Position numbers and translations under genes: made by a program. The notes under the pieces are model-generated. The model did not search any database. It saw only the letters and a list, made by a program, of their open reading frames with translations, and was not told the origin of the DNA. This document shows, one piece after another, positions 10,882 through 21,954 of a DNA stretch of 64,000 nt. The stretch spans positions 1 to 64,000 of the forward strand of contig CAVTHK010000002.1 in assembly GCA_963734495.1 (NCBI GenBank). The letters run 5' to 3'. Each line of letters starts with the position of its first letter. Position 1 is the stretch's first letter. The stretch is from an uncultured Spirochaetota bacterium. GTDB taxonomy: Bacteria > Spirochaetota > Spirochaetia > SZUA-6 > CAVTHK01.

Positions 10882-13024
10882 GTGAGGTTCAACTACGGAG
10901 TGGCCTGGTACCCGGAGTGGGAGCCGGAGGGCGAGTGGCAGGCGGACCTCGAGAAGATGCGCGAGGCGGGCCTGAACACCGTGCGCATCTGCGAGTTCTC
11001 GTGGGAGCACTTCGAGCCGCGTCCCGGCGAGTTCCATTTCGACCTGTACGACGCGGTGATGCGCCGCTGCGAGGAGCTCGACGTCGGAGTCGTGCTCGGC
11101 ATCGACACGGTGCGGCCGCCTGCCTGGCTCTTCGAGCGTTACCCGGACATGGTGATCGTCGACCAGCGCGGCGAGCCCGGCCCCGGGACGTGGCCGATGC
11201 ACTGCTTTAACCATCCCCGCTTCGCCGAGGTCTCGGCCCCGCTGATCGAGCGGTTCGTGCCGCGGTACAGGGGCTCCCGCGCGCTGCTCTATTACCAGCT
11301 CGACAACGAGCCGGCCTACCACCTGCGCGGCTCGCACCGCGACGGCCGCCACATCTACTGCTGCTGCGAGCACTGCAGGCGCGCGTTCCGCGAGTGGCTC
11401 GCGAAGCGCTGGCAGGACCGCCCCGCGCCGCGCGTCCCGGCCCCGTTCCCCGAGCCCGAGGTCATGGGCGAGCTCGCATGGCTCGAATGGCGGCGCTTCC
11501 ACGACAGGACCAACATCCGCCGCGTCGAGTGGGTGGCGGCCGAGGTCAAGAGGCACGACCCGGCGCACCCCGTCACGACCAACATCATGATCCGCAACCA
11601 GTTCGGGCCCAACGCCTCGATGGCGGCCCACGACGTCTACGGGCTCGGCCGTCCCCTCGACGTCTTCGGCATGGACGTCTACACCGACGTGCGGCGCGAC
11701 TACCGGGCCGACGGACGCGATGGCCTATTCGATCTCCGACCGCCTGGGCGGCGCCAAGGGCTACCACTGCCTGGAGACGCAGCCGACCACGATGGCGGTC
11801 GCGGAGGGCGGCTGGCAGACGCAGGACCGCGGCTACCGCAAGCACGGCGACGACCGGCGCCTCATACCGTGGGGATGGCGGCCGCTCGCGTTCGGCGCGC
11901 GCAGCCTCCTCTACTGGGTCTGGCGCCTGCAGTACCCCAACGTGTGGGCGCTGGCGCGCCCCGACGGGAGCCTCAACGAGTTCGCGGCGCAGACTCGCCG
12001 CCTCTCGGAGGAGTACGCGCGGGCGTGGCCCTCGATCGAGGGCTCCGAGCTCCTGTCGTCCGACGCCGCGATCCTGCACAACCGCGACACCGTTCACCTC
12101 GCCGCGCGCCAGGGCATGGCCGAGGTGCCCGGCGAGGCGATCGACGGCGCCTTCGAGGCGTGCTGGCGCGGCCGCGTCCTCGCCGACGTGCTCGACGAAG
12201 GGCTCGCGCTCGAAGGGGCCCTCGCGCGCTACAAGGTCGTCCTCGCGCCGTTCCTGCTCCTCGCCTCGGCGCCGCTCGCCCGCGCGCTGGCCGACTTCGT
12301 CGAGCGCGGCGGGACGCTCGTGTGGGACGCCCGGTCAGGATCTTATGTTGAAGGTGAAGGCGGCCTCCGCGAATACTCCGGCAGCTCGCAGTGGAAGATC
12401 TCGATGTCCCGCGTGCCGGCCGCGGGCTTCGACGATCTCATGGGCTACCGCTCCCTCGCCTCCTACGCGGGCGAGCCGGGCCGGCGGCCCGCCGCGACGC
12501 TCGACGCCCCGGTCGGCGGCCTGCCGGCCGCCGCGTCGTTCGAAGGCTACGACTTTGTCGACGAGCTCGAGCCCGCGGCCGGCACCGAGATCCTCGCCCG
12601 ATTCGGCGACGGAAGGCCCGCGCTGCTGCGCCGTCGCGCGGGAAAGGGGCGCGTGATCGCGTGCGCCACCGACCTGTTCCGCGCGGCGCACCACGACGGA
12701 GCGGGCAGCGCAGCGCTCGTGGAGGCGCTCGTGCGCGAGGCCGGAGCGCTTCCGTGGGCGACGGTCGCGGGAGTGGACGAGGAGCGGGCGAGACAGCTCG
12801 AGATCGTCCTGCGGCGGAAGGAGGATCGGCTCCTCCTCTTCGCGCTGAACGCCAACCCCGTCGCCGTGACCGCGAGGGTCACGCTGCGCCAGCGCGTCGG
12901 AGGCGGAAAGGAGCTTCTGACCGGCCGGCCGGCGGCGGTGCGCGGCGGCCACGAGGTGGAGCTCGCGCTCGAGCCCTACCAGGTCGCGGTCGCCGAGCTC
13001 CCGCTCGAGGCGAGCCATGGCTGA
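10882..13024 (+). CDS. GH42-like beta-galactosidase; frameshift near 11712
   Basis: GVAWYPE, EFSW..FEP..GEF.F, QLDNE, Cys cluster CCCEHC, LETQ, C-terminal trimerisation-like domain. Confidence 0.8.
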
Positions 13025-14555
13025 CCTGCCTGTTCTCAGGGAGGTCGGCGGCCGCGCGGCGCTCTTTGTCGACGGCCGTCCCTTCATCATCCTGGGCCTT
13101 CAGTGGGACTGCGATTCGTGCTTCGCGCCGGAGGTGATGAACCCTCTGTTCCCTCAGGCCGCCCGCATGGGCTGCAACAGCGCTTCGCTGCTGTTGAGCT
13201 GGCGCCAGGTCGAGGCCCACGAAGGGTGGTGGGACTTCGGCATCCTCGACACGATGCTCGGCGAGGCGCGGGCGAACGGGCTGCGCGTGGTGCTCGTCTG
13301 GTTCGGCGCCTTTAAGAACGGCTGCCTGAACTACGCTCCCGACTGGGTCAAGGCCGCCCCGGCCCGCTTCCGCAGGGTCCGCGATGCTGCGGGCCGCGAC
13401 CTCGACAACTTCGCCTGCCCCAACGGCGCGGAGATCCGGCAGGCCGACCTCGCCGCGCTCACCCGGGTGCTGGGGCACCTGGCCGAAGTCGACCCGCAGC
13501 GGACCGTGATCCTCTTCCAGCTCGAGAACGAGGTGGGGCTGTCCGGCACCGCCCGCTGCCACTGTCCCGTCTGCGACGCCGAGTTCGCGCAGGATCGCTG
13601 GGCCGAGCAATACGGAGAGCGCGCCGAGGAGGCCTTTTCCGCGCACAGCTTCGCGCGCTACCTCGAGGCGCAGGCTTCCGAGCTGCGCGCCGTCTACCCG
13701 ATCCCCCTGCACATCAACGCCACGCTGGACGTCCTCGCCAGGTGCTCCCGCCCCGGCCTCGCCAAGGAGTACAGCGGGACCGCGCTCGGCACGGGGTATC
13801 TCTCCGGCACGCCCATCCAGCGGGTGTTCGACGTGTACCGCTCGACGCTGGAGCACGTGGACTTCGTGAGCCCGGACATCTACCAGCACAGCCGCCGGGA
13901 TTTCCTCGAGCTCTGCAGGCTCTACTCCTGGCCGGGAAAGGCCCTCTACATCTCCGAGCACTCGAGCGGCCCGGGCAGCCGCGCCGAGAGGAACGTCTTC
14001 TACGCTCTCGCGGCGGGCGCGATCGGCTTCGACCCTTGGGCGATCGACCGCTGCCACCCGGCCAGCTTCGCCATGCCGCTCGTGCACCCGCTCGACGGGC
14101 GCTGGAGCGAGGAGGCCTACAGCCTGCGCGACTCCTACCGGGTGATCGGCGACGCGATGCCGGCGATCGCGGCGGCCCAGGGAACCCCCGCGCTCCAGGC
14201 GTTCGTTCAGGAGGACGAGGAGCACGCCGCGAAGCTCCCCTTTGAAGGCGTCACGGCCGAGGTCAGCTACAGCGATCGGCGTCGCGCGGCTCGCGGGGTC
14301 GTCGTGCAGGTCGGCGCCGACGAGTTCGTCGTCGCGGGGATGGGCGCCGGCGTCGGCTTCTGCGACGCGCAGAACCGGCCGATCGCGATCGCGTCGGCCG
14401 AGAGAGGACGCTACGACGGCGATCGCTGGCTCGCGCTGGCCCCGGTCCGGCGCGAGGGCAACGACCCGTGCGCGCCGCTGCACCTGGTCTCGCCGCAGGT
14501 GGTCCGCGTGCGTCTCGATCGTCGGCCGCCGGCGACGGGAGCACAAGCGGGATGA
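13017..14555 (+). CDS. GH35-like glycoside hydrolase, paralog 2
   Basis: Colinear with 4347-5828 (QWDCDSCF, FQLENE, EHSSGPGSRAERNVFYA, GFDPWAIDR). Confidence 0.7.
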   Translation: MADLPVLREVGGRAALFVDGRPFIILGLQWDCDSCFAPEVMNPLFPQAARMGCNSASLLLSWRQVEAHEGWWDFGILDTMLGEARANGLRVVLVWFGAFKNGCLNYAPDWVKAAPARFRRVRDAAGRDLDNFACPNGAEIRQADLAALTRVLGHLAEVDPQRTVILFQLENEVGLSGTARCHCPVCDAEFAQDRWAEQYGERAEEAFSAHSFARYLEAQASELRAVYPIPLHINATLDVLARCSRPGLAKEYSGTALGTGYLSGTPIQRVFDVYRSTLEHVDFVSPDIYQHSRRDFLELCRLYSWPGKALYISEHSSGPGSRAERNVFYALAAGAIGFDPWAIDRCHPASFAMPLVHPLDGRWSEEAYSLRDSYRVIGDAMPAIAAAQGTPALQAFVQEDEEHAAKLPFEGVTAEVSYSDRRRAARGVVVQVGADEFVVAGMGAGVGFCDAQNRPIAIASAERGRYDGDRWLALAPVRREGNDPCAPLHLVSPQVVRVRLDRRPPATGAQAG

Positions 14556-15694
14556 GAATCAAGCGGATCGAGACCTACGTGCTGCGTGTCGAGCTCTCCA
14601 ACGGCGAGGCCTTCGCCTACTCGCAGAGCTGGTACGACAGCCGTACCGCGATGGTCGTCGAGATCGAGTGCGACGACGGCACGACCGGATACGGCGAGGC
14701 TTTCGGCCCCCCCTTTGTCAACGCCGCCACGATCGAGAGCGTCTACAAACCGATCCTTGTCGGCCGGGATCCGCTCGACCGCGACGCGCTGTGGCTCGAG
14801 ATGTACAACAGGCTGCGCGATCACGGCCGGAAGGGCTCGGTGATCGAGGCGCTCAGCGCCGTCGACATCGCCCTCTGGGACATCGCCGGCAAGCATTTCG
14901 GCGCGCCGGTCTGCACCCTGCTGGGACGTCGCTACCGGGATCGCGTCGAGGCCTATGCCACCGGGCTGTACCGCAAGCGCGCGCCCGACAACACCGCGGC
15001 GCTGGTCAACGAGGCCCGCGGCTACGCCGGCGCCGGGTTCCGGACCATGAAAGTGAAGATCGGCTTCGGCTTCGAATACGACCTCGAGGTCACGCGCGCC
15101 ATTCGCGAGGCCGTCGGGCCGGAGGTCCGGCTGGCCGTGGACGCCAACCACGCCTACGACGTGGCAGCCGCGCTCAAGGTTTGCCGCGCGCTCGAGCCGC
15201 TCGGGATCGAGTGGTTCGAAGAGCCGATCGTGCCCGAGGAGCTCGAGGGCTTTCGCCAGCTCCGAGCGCGCACCTCGATTCCCATTGCGACGGGCGAGGC
15301 GGAGTTCACGCGCTGGGGTTTCCGCGACCTGATCTCGGCCAGGGCCGTCGACATCGTGCAGCCGGACGCTTGCGTCGTCGGCGGGCTCACGGAGGCGATC
15401 CGCGTGGCGGACCTGGCTGACGCGTGGCACGTTCGGTGCCTGCCGCACGTCTGGGGGACCGGTGTGGCGATCGCCGCTGCGCTTCAGTTGCTGGCGATGA
15501 TTCCGCCCTGCCCGCCGTCCCTGTACCCCATCGAGCCGATGCTCGAGCTCGACAGGACTTCGAACATCTTTCGGGAAGAGTTGAATACCCTCGGGTACGA
15601 TCTGCAGAACGGCTTTGTCGCGATCCCGGCGCGACCGGGGATCGGCGTCGAGATCAACCGCAGGATCCTCGAGGAGTACAGGGTCTCGATGTGA
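14552..15694 (+). CDS. gci: Enolase-superfamily enzyme, D-galactarolactone cycloisomerase-like
   Basis: VEIECDDG, LRDHG.KG, AYATG, KVKIGFG, DANH, WFEEP, PHVWGTGV.IAAALQ and PIEP.LE.DRT match my recollection of Gci. Confidence 0.7.
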   Translation: MRIKRIETYVLRVELSNGEAFAYSQSWYDSRTAMVVEIECDDGTTGYGEAFGPPFVNAATIESVYKPILVGRDPLDRDALWLEMYNRLRDHGRKGSVIEALSAVDIALWDIAGKHFGAPVCTLLGRRYRDRVEAYATGLYRKRAPDNTAALVNEARGYAGAGFRTMKVKIGFGFEYDLEVTRAIREAVGPEVRLAVDANHAYDVAAALKVCRALEPLGIEWFEEPIVPEELEGFRQLRARTSIPIATGEAEFTRWGFRDLISARAVDIVQPDACVVGGLTEAIRVADLADAWHVRCLPHVWGTGVAIAAALQLLAMIPPCPPSLYPIEPMLELDRTSNIFREELNTLGYDLQNGFVAIPARPGIGVEINRRILEEYRVSM

Positions 15695-15769
15695 GGCCGG
15701 CTCGAGAGCGCTCGCGCGTCGGCGCCTCGGTTGACACGGACGCCCCGAAGGAGAAAGCAATGGGAGCGC

Positions 15770-16444
15770 ATGAAAGACGCCTTTTCCGCTGACCTCTGGA
15801 AGCAGATCGCGCGCAAGGCCGTCGTCGCGGTCCTGGTCGTCGACCGCGTCGAGGACGCGGTGCCGCTCGCGCGGGCGCTGGTCGAAGGCGGCGTCACCGC
15901 CATGGAGCTCACGCTGCGCACCCCGGTCGCCGTGGACGCCCTGCGCGCCATCAGGCGCGACGTGCCGGCCATGACCGCGGGCATAGGCACGATCCTCACC
16001 GTCGAGCAGGTCAAGCAGGTCAAGGATGCGGGCGCCGCTTTCGGCGTCTCGCCCGGCTGCAACCCGCGGGTGATCCGCGCCGCGCAGGACGCGGGCCTCG
16101 ACTTCGCGCCGGGCATCGCCACGCCGACCGAGATCGAGGCGGCGCTCGAGCTCGGCTGCCGCCTGCTCAAGCTCTTTCCGGCCGAGCCGATCGGGGGCCT
16201 CCCGTACCTCAAGAGCGCGGCCGCCCCATACCTTCACCTTGGCCTCCAGTTCATCCCGCTCGGAGGCGTGGCCCCCGCCAACGAGGGCGCTTGGCTCAAG
16301 GACCCGTTGATCGCGGCGGTCGGCGGCTCGTGGCTCGCGCCGCGCGACCTGATCAAGGCCGGCCGGTGGGCGGACATCACGCGCAACGCCGCGGAAGCCA
16401 TGGGGATCGCGCGCGCGGCGCGCGGGGAGGGGAGCCGTGCCTGA
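15770..16444 (+). CDS. eda: KDPG/KHG aldolase
   Basis: ELTLRT, GIGT, VSPG, TPTE, KLFPA, PLGG, VGGSW. Confidence 0.9.
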   Translation: MKDAFSADLWKQIARKAVVAVLVVDRVEDAVPLARALVEGGVTAMELTLRTPVAVDALRAIRRDVPAMTAGIGTILTVEQVKQVKDAGAAFGVSPGCNPRVIRAAQDAGLDFAPGIATPTEIEAALELGCRLLKLFPAEPIGGLPYLKSAAAPYLHLGLQFIPLGGVAPANEGAWLKDPLIAAVGGSWLAPRDLIKAGRWADITRNAAEAMGIARAARGEGSRA

Positions 16445-17540
16445 CAAAGCTGGTCGGGTCGTCACCTTTGGCGAGATCATGGGAAGGCTGGAGCCCGAAG
16501 GCCTGCTGCGGCTGCGGCAGGCCCTGCCGGGACGGCTCGTGATGTCGTTCGCCGGCACCGAGGCCAACGTGGCCGCGTCGCTGGCGATGCTCGGCGTGGA
16601 GGCGAGCTTCGTGACCGCGCTGCCGAAGCACGCGATCGCGGATGCGCTCGTGGACCGCCTGCGCGGGCTCGGCATAGACACGAGCCGGGTGCTGCGGAGG
16701 GACGAGGGGCGCCTCGGGCTCTTCTACGTCGAGTCGGGGGCGAACCAGAGGCCGAGCGTCGTGATCTACGACCGCGACGGCGCCACGGTCGCGATCACGC
16801 CGCCGGAGGCCTACGACTGGGACCGCATCCTCGAGGGCGCCTCCTGGTTCCACATCACGGGCGTGACGCCTTCGATCTCGAAGAACGCCGCGGCGGTGTC
16901 GCTGGCGGCCGTCAAGGCGGCGCGCGCCAGGGGCCTGCGCGTCTCCTGCGACCTGAACTTCCGCGCCAAGCTCTGGCGGTGGGACCCGCCGAAGCCGCCG
17001 CGGGAGCTCGCGGGCCGCGTGATGCGCGAGATCCTCGCCTTTGCCGACACCGTGGTCGGCAACGAAGAGGACGCGGCCGACGTCCTCGGGGTCCGCGCAA
17101 AGGACACCGACGTGGCGTCCGGCCGCGTGGCCGCCGAGCGCTACGTCGAAGTGGCGGAGACCATCGCAAAGCAGATCCCGTCGGTCCGGCGCGTGGCCTT
17201 TACGCTGCGCGAAAGCCTGTCGGCTTCGTGGAACCGCTGGGGCGCCATGCTGTACGACGCCGGCGGCGGCAAGGCATACTTCGCGCCGCTCGCCGACGGG
17301 CGCTACCAGCCGTACGAGATCCGCAACATCGTCGACCGGGTCGGCGCAGGCGACTCGTTCGCCGCGGCGCTGATCTTTTCGGAGATGACGCCGGCGCTCG
17401 AGGCCCCCGAGACCGCGGTGGCCTTCGCGGCCGCCGCTTCGTGCCTCTGCCACTCGATCCAGGGCGACTTCAACTACTCCAGCCGCTCGGAGATCGAAGC
17501 GCTGATGAAGGGCAGCGGCAGCGGGCGCGTCGTGCGCTGA
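16437..17540 (+). CDS. kdgK: 2-dehydro-3-deoxygluconokinase (PfkB family)
   Basis: FGEIM, GANQRPS.VIYDR, DLNFR.KLW, IVDRVGAGDSF; adjacent to eda. Confidence 0.88.
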   Translation: MPDKAGRVVTFGEIMGRLEPEGLLRLRQALPGRLVMSFAGTEANVAASLAMLGVEASFVTALPKHAIADALVDRLRGLGIDTSRVLRRDEGRLGLFYVESGANQRPSVVIYDRDGATVAITPPEAYDWDRILEGASWFHITGVTPSISKNAAAVSLAAVKAARARGLRVSCDLNFRAKLWRWDPPKPPRELAGRVMREILAFADTVVGNEEDAADVLGVRAKDTDVASGRVAAERYVEVAETIAKQIPSVRRVAFTLRESLSASWNRWGAMLYDAGGGKAYFAPLADGRYQPYEIRNIVDRVGAGDSFAAALIFSEMTPALEAPETAVAFAAAASCLCHSIQGDFNYSSRSEIEALMKGSGSGRVVR

Positions 17541-17812
17541 ACGGCCCGCGCGGGCGCGCCCGGTCCCCGTTCCGACGGTCCGTCCCGCAACGACCGGCGC
17601 TCGCGACGACCCGAGCTTCCTCCTGCGATTTTGTTATATTGACCTTGCGCTCGTGCGAGCGGCGCGCCATCGTCGATTGAGCCTTCCCTGTCGATCGCCG
17701 CGCCATGCCGCCCGGCGCTGCTCACCAGGGCGTTGCGCGCCCGGGCTTTCCCGGCCGGCCGGAACGAGCGCCCGCGCGCTGCCCTGAATCCTGTACGGCT
17801 CGGGAGGGTTCC

Positions 17813-19156
17813 GTGAAGACGAGGAAAGTGTTCGCTCTCGCGCTCTGCGTTTTCCTGGCGGCGGCCGGACCGGCCGCGTTCGCGACCGGGCAGGGAGAGA
17901 AGGCGTCGGCCGCGGCGCAGCCCGTGCCGCCGATCAACATCCTGATCAACAGCTCCCCATGGTTCAACAGCTTCAAGGCGCTGGTCGCCGCCTACACCAG
18001 CGAGACCGGCAACCAGGTGAACCTCGACGTCACGCCGTTCCCGGGCATGCTGCAGAAGGCGCGCAACGCCGTCACGGCCCAGTCGAGCGAATACGACCTG
18101 GTCAACCTGAACGAGGAGTGGTACCTGCAATTCTACAAGGACGGGCTCGTCACTCCGCTCAAGGAGATCGACCCCGGCTTCAAGCTCGACCCGCAGGTCA
18201 TCGAGTACAACTTTGCCGACCGGTGGGACCCGAAGATCAGAGGCTCGTCCGCGGACGGCGACATCCTGGGGCTGCCGATCAACGGCAACATCCAGATCCT
18301 CTACTACCGCAAGGACCTCTTCGAGCAGAAGGGGATCAAGCCGCCTGCGACCTTCGCGGAGATGCTCGCGGCCGCGAAGGCGCTTCACGATCCGCCGAGG
18401 ATGTACGGGATCACCGAGCGGACTTCCGACGACCCCATCTACAATGTCCTCGCCTACATCTACGGCTTCGGCGGGTCGGTCGTGAGCTACGACGCTCGAG
18501 GGGGCAAGTGGTCGGTGAACATCGCGAAAAAACCGGCCGTCGACGCCCTGAAGTTCTGGCTCGACCTGGTGTGGAGCTACGACCCGCCGAACTACACGCA
18601 GATCGACCAGGCTTCCATGATCTCGCTCATGGCGAGCGGCAAGTCGGCGATGGCCGTCCTGGTGGACGCCGCCGCCTCCAACTTCGACGATCCCAAGGTG
18701 AGCACCGTGATCGGCAAGCTCGGCGCGACGGTCGTGCCGGGCAGCACTGCGGAGCTCCGCTCACCCATCTCCGGCATCTGGGTGATGTCGATCCCGCATA
18801 ACCTGGCCATGGACCACAAGAAGGCGGCGCTCGCCTTCCTCTCCTGGGCGATGACGCAGAAGGCCGAGCAGACGTACGCCGACGCCGGAGGCGTCGTTGT
18901 CCGCGAGGACGTCTACCAGGCGATGGAGGCGAACCCGAAGTTCTGGTGGGCGAAGGCGGTGGCGGACAGCACGCCCTTCATCAAGCCCTTTCCGCGGACC
19001 ACGGCGAGCGGCGAGATCCACACGCTGCTCAACGACCTGATCCGGCAGGCCGTGGCGAAACAGATCGATCCGCAGGCGATGATGAAGCAGGCGGCGGACA
19101 GGATCCAGGCGATCATGCAGGGCGCGGGCTACGCGATGGAGCCTCTGGCCGACTGA
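17813..19156 (+). CDS. Carbohydrate ABC substrate-binding protein (family 1)
   Basis: GTG after GGGAGG; signal peptide ending AFATGQ; LP....ILYYRKDLF. Confidence 0.88.
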   Translation: MKTRKVFALALCVFLAAAGPAAFATGQGEKASAAAQPVPPINILINSSPWFNSFKALVAAYTSETGNQVNLDVTPFPGMLQKARNAVTAQSSEYDLVNLNEEWYLQFYKDGLVTPLKEIDPGFKLDPQVIEYNFADRWDPKIRGSSADGDILGLPINGNIQILYYRKDLFEQKGIKPPATFAEMLAAAKALHDPPRMYGITERTSDDPIYNVLAYIYGFGGSVVSYDARGGKWSVNIAKKPAVDALKFWLDLVWSYDPPNYTQIDQASMISLMASGKSAMAVLVDAAASNFDDPKVSTVIGKLGATVVPGSTAELRSPISGIWVMSIPHNLAMDHKKAALAFLSWAMTQKAEQTYADAGGVVVREDVYQAMEANPKFWWAKAVADSTPFIKPFPRTTASGEIHTLLNDLIRQAVAKQIDPQAMMKQAADRIQAIMQGAGYAMEPLAD

Positions 19157-20034
19157 TGGTCACGGGCGACCGGGCCTTCCGCACCTGGGCGCTGCTCCCC
19201 GCGGTGGTGGTGCTGGGGCTCCTCACCCTGTACCCGATCGTCCAGCTGGCGAGGATGAGCCTCTCGAGCCTCGCGTACACTCAGGCGGGCATCAGCTGGA
19301 AGTGGGTCGGGGCAAAGAACTTCGCGACGATCCTCTCGGACCCGATCGCGATTGTGGCGCTGCGGAACACCGCGCTGTTTGCCTGCGCCACGGTCGCGAT
19401 CGAGGTCGCCGCCGGGCTGGTGCTGGCCATCGCGGTGAGCCGCGTCCGGCTCTTCTCGCGGTTCTTCCGAGTCGTGGTCATCCTGCCGATGCTCATCCCG
19501 CCGATCGCCATCGGGGCGATGTGGCTGATGATCGTCAACTACAACTACGGCGTGCTGAACGAGGCCCTCGCTGCCGTCGGGATCAAGGGGCCGGCCTGGC
19601 TGAACACCGCCGCGCTCGCGTTCCCCACGATCATCGTCGTCGACGTCTGGCACTGGACCAGCTTCCTGTTCCTCATACTCCTCGCGGGCATCGAGTCGCT
19701 GCCCCTCGAGCTCGACGAGGCGGCGCGGATCGACGGGGCGAGCGAGATGCAGCTCGTACGCCACGTGACCCTGCCGCTGCTGCGGCCGACCGTGAGCGTG
19801 GCCGTGATCCTGCGCCTGATCTTCGCCTTCAAGGTCTTCGACGAGATCTACCTGCTCACGCGCGGCGGGCCGGGGAACGCCACGCAGGTCATCAGCTCCT
19901 ACGTCGAGACGGTCTTTTTCGAGCAGGCCCGCATGGGCTACGCCGCGGCGCTGGCGCTCGCCACCGCGGCCATCATCGTGGCGCTCGTGATCGGCTACCA
20001 GCGCATCAGCGCGGTCGCCGCGCGGGGCTGGTAA
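19156..20034 (+). CDS. Carbohydrate ABC permease 1
   Basis: EAARIDGA motif, LTRGGPG. Confidence 0.9.
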   Translation: MVTGDRAFRTWALLPAVVVLGLLTLYPIVQLARMSLSSLAYTQAGISWKWVGAKNFATILSDPIAIVALRNTALFACATVAIEVAAGLVLAIAVSRVRLFSRFFRVVVILPMLIPPIAIGAMWLMIVNYNYGVLNEALAAVGIKGPAWLNTAALAFPTIIVVDVWHWTSFLFLILLAGIESLPLELDEAARIDGASEMQLVRHVTLPLLRPTVSVAVILRLIFAFKVFDEIYLLTRGGPGNATQVISSYVETVFFEQARMGYAAALALATAAIIVALVIGYQRISAVAARGW

Positions 20035-20044
20035 GGAGGCTCCC

Positions 20045-20887
20045 GTGCCGGACCATGGCGGCGCGCGCCGCAGGGACCCGCTTCTCGCCCACGTCCTGCT
20101 CTGGACGGCGGTGGTCGTCACCTTCCTGCCGATCATGGTGACGCTGCTCACGTCGCTCAAGTACGCGCGCGACATCATCTCGGGGTCGCTCGAGTTCCAG
20201 CCGACGCTCGCCAACTACGCGGCGCTCTTCACCGGCGACAGCGACTTCCTCAGGCTCCTGCTGAACAGCGTCACCGCGAGCGTCGCGAGCACCGCCATCG
20301 TCGTGCTGATCTCGTCGCTCGCGGCCTACAGCATCAGCCGCTGCCCCTGGCCGAGGTGGGTGAGCGCCGTGATCGTCGGCTGGCTGCTCTTTGCGCAGAT
20401 GCTGCCGCCGATCGTGTTTGTCGGCCCGTTCTACCTGATGGCGCGCAACCTGGGCATCTACAACACGCCGGCGGCGCTCGTCATGGCCTACATCGTGCTC
20501 GACTTCCCGCTCGCGATGTTCATCCTGCGCCGCTTCTTCGCCGACGTCCCGGCCGAGATCGAGGACGCCGCGGCGATCGACGGGGCCGGCCAGGCGACGA
20601 CGTTCGCGCGGATCATCGTCCCGATCGTCGCGCCGGGGATCACGGCGGCCGCGCTGCTCTCCTTCATCTTCGCCTGGAACGACTTCATTTTCGCGCTCTC
20701 GCTCACGAGCTCGGTCAAGGGGATGACGATCCCGGTCGGCATCGCGAACTTCGCGCAGGAATTCCAGATCCTGTACGGCGAGATGACCGCCGCCGCTTTC
20801 TTCGCCGCGGTACCCGCGATCGTCCTCGTGGTGTTCGCGCAGCGCTACATCACCGCGGGCCTGGCCCTCGGATCGCTCAAGGGCTGA
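20045..20887 (+). CDS. Carbohydrate ABC permease 2
   Basis: EDAAAIDGA, FAWNDF, C-terminal GSLKG. Confidence 0.9.
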   Translation: MPDHGGARRRDPLLAHVLLWTAVVVTFLPIMVTLLTSLKYARDIISGSLEFQPTLANYAALFTGDSDFLRLLLNSVTASVASTAIVVLISSLAAYSISRCPWPRWVSAVIVGWLLFAQMLPPIVFVGPFYLMARNLGIYNTPAALVMAYIVLDFPLAMFILRRFFADVPAEIEDAAAIDGAGQATTFARIIVPIVAPGITAAALLSFIFAWNDFIFALSLTSSVKGMTIPVGIANFAQEFQILYGEMTAAAFFAAVPAIVLVVFAQRYITAGLALGSLKG

Positions 20888-20926
20888 AGAGGAATAGAAA
20901 CTGAAGGCGGCCGCGCCGAGCGAAAC

Positions 20927-21954
20927 CTACGCGATCCGGGCGAGGGCGGCCGCGGCCTTGCGCTCGCGCTCGGCCTTGGCGAGCGCGAGGGAGGCGAGGC
21001 TCTCGGCGAGCTTCTCCTGGTCGCGCGAGGTGACCTTCTTCGCCTTGTCCACCCAGTCCGAGCGGATCCCCTCGACGCCCTTGAACGCGCCGCCGATGGC
21101 GCCGCACATCGAGGCGATCGTGTCGGCGTCGCGGCCGAAGTTCGCCCCGTAGGTCACGCACTTCTCGACGTCGCCCTGCGCGAGCAGGAACAGCGCCACC
21201 GTCAGGGGGATCGTCTCGCGGCTGTCGCAGGTGATTCTCTTGAAGAACGTGTCCTTCTGGCGGTAGACCGCGTCGCGGAACGCCTTGTACTCCCCGCGTC
21301 TCGCGCGCGAGCGAGACGACGCGCCCGATCGCCGCGAGCATCTCTTCGCCGCTCAGCGGCACGATGTGCGCGGTTGCCGCCGTGACGACGGACTCGACCG
21401 TCGCCGTCGGGGAGAACGCCTCGGCCACCGCGGCCGCCATGGCGACGGCGCCGTCCTGGCAGAAGCCGACGTCGTGCTGGTGGATGAGGCTCGCCACGCT
21501 GTACGCCTGGGCCGCGGCCTGGCCGGGGTTGCAGGCGTTCACGATGCCGATGGGCGAGATGCACATGGCGGAGCTCGAGCTGGGCATGTTGCCCAGGGCG
21601 GCCATGCGCGGGATGCTGTGGCGCTGGAGCTTGGCCGCGGTGTGGAGGACCGACTGGAAGAACTTGCCGACCTTCTGGCCGAAGATCTCCTTGTACTGGT
21701 CGAGCCAGACCTGCGCCCAGTCGTCGTAGGTCGCGTAGCCGCCGCTCTTGATCAGCGCGTCCGAGAGCAGGTTCTTCATCACCGTGTCGTCGGTGCCGTC
21801 GGAGCTGAAGTCCGCGAGCCAGCCGAACTGCTTCTCGATCTCGGCGGGGGTCTTGCCCTCGGTCGGGCGTGCCGATCGCGTCCCCGATGAGGCCCCCGAT
21901 GAGGCAGCCGAGGGTCTTGCGGTAGAGCACCGTCGAGCGCAGGTTCTTGTCCAT
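20927..21954 (-). CDS. ADP-ribosylglycohydrolase-family protein (ARH-1); frameshifts near 21870 and 21293
   Basis: GCLIGGLIGDAIG.PTEG, GTDD, GRDADTIASMCGAIGGA across three frames. Confidence 0.85.
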
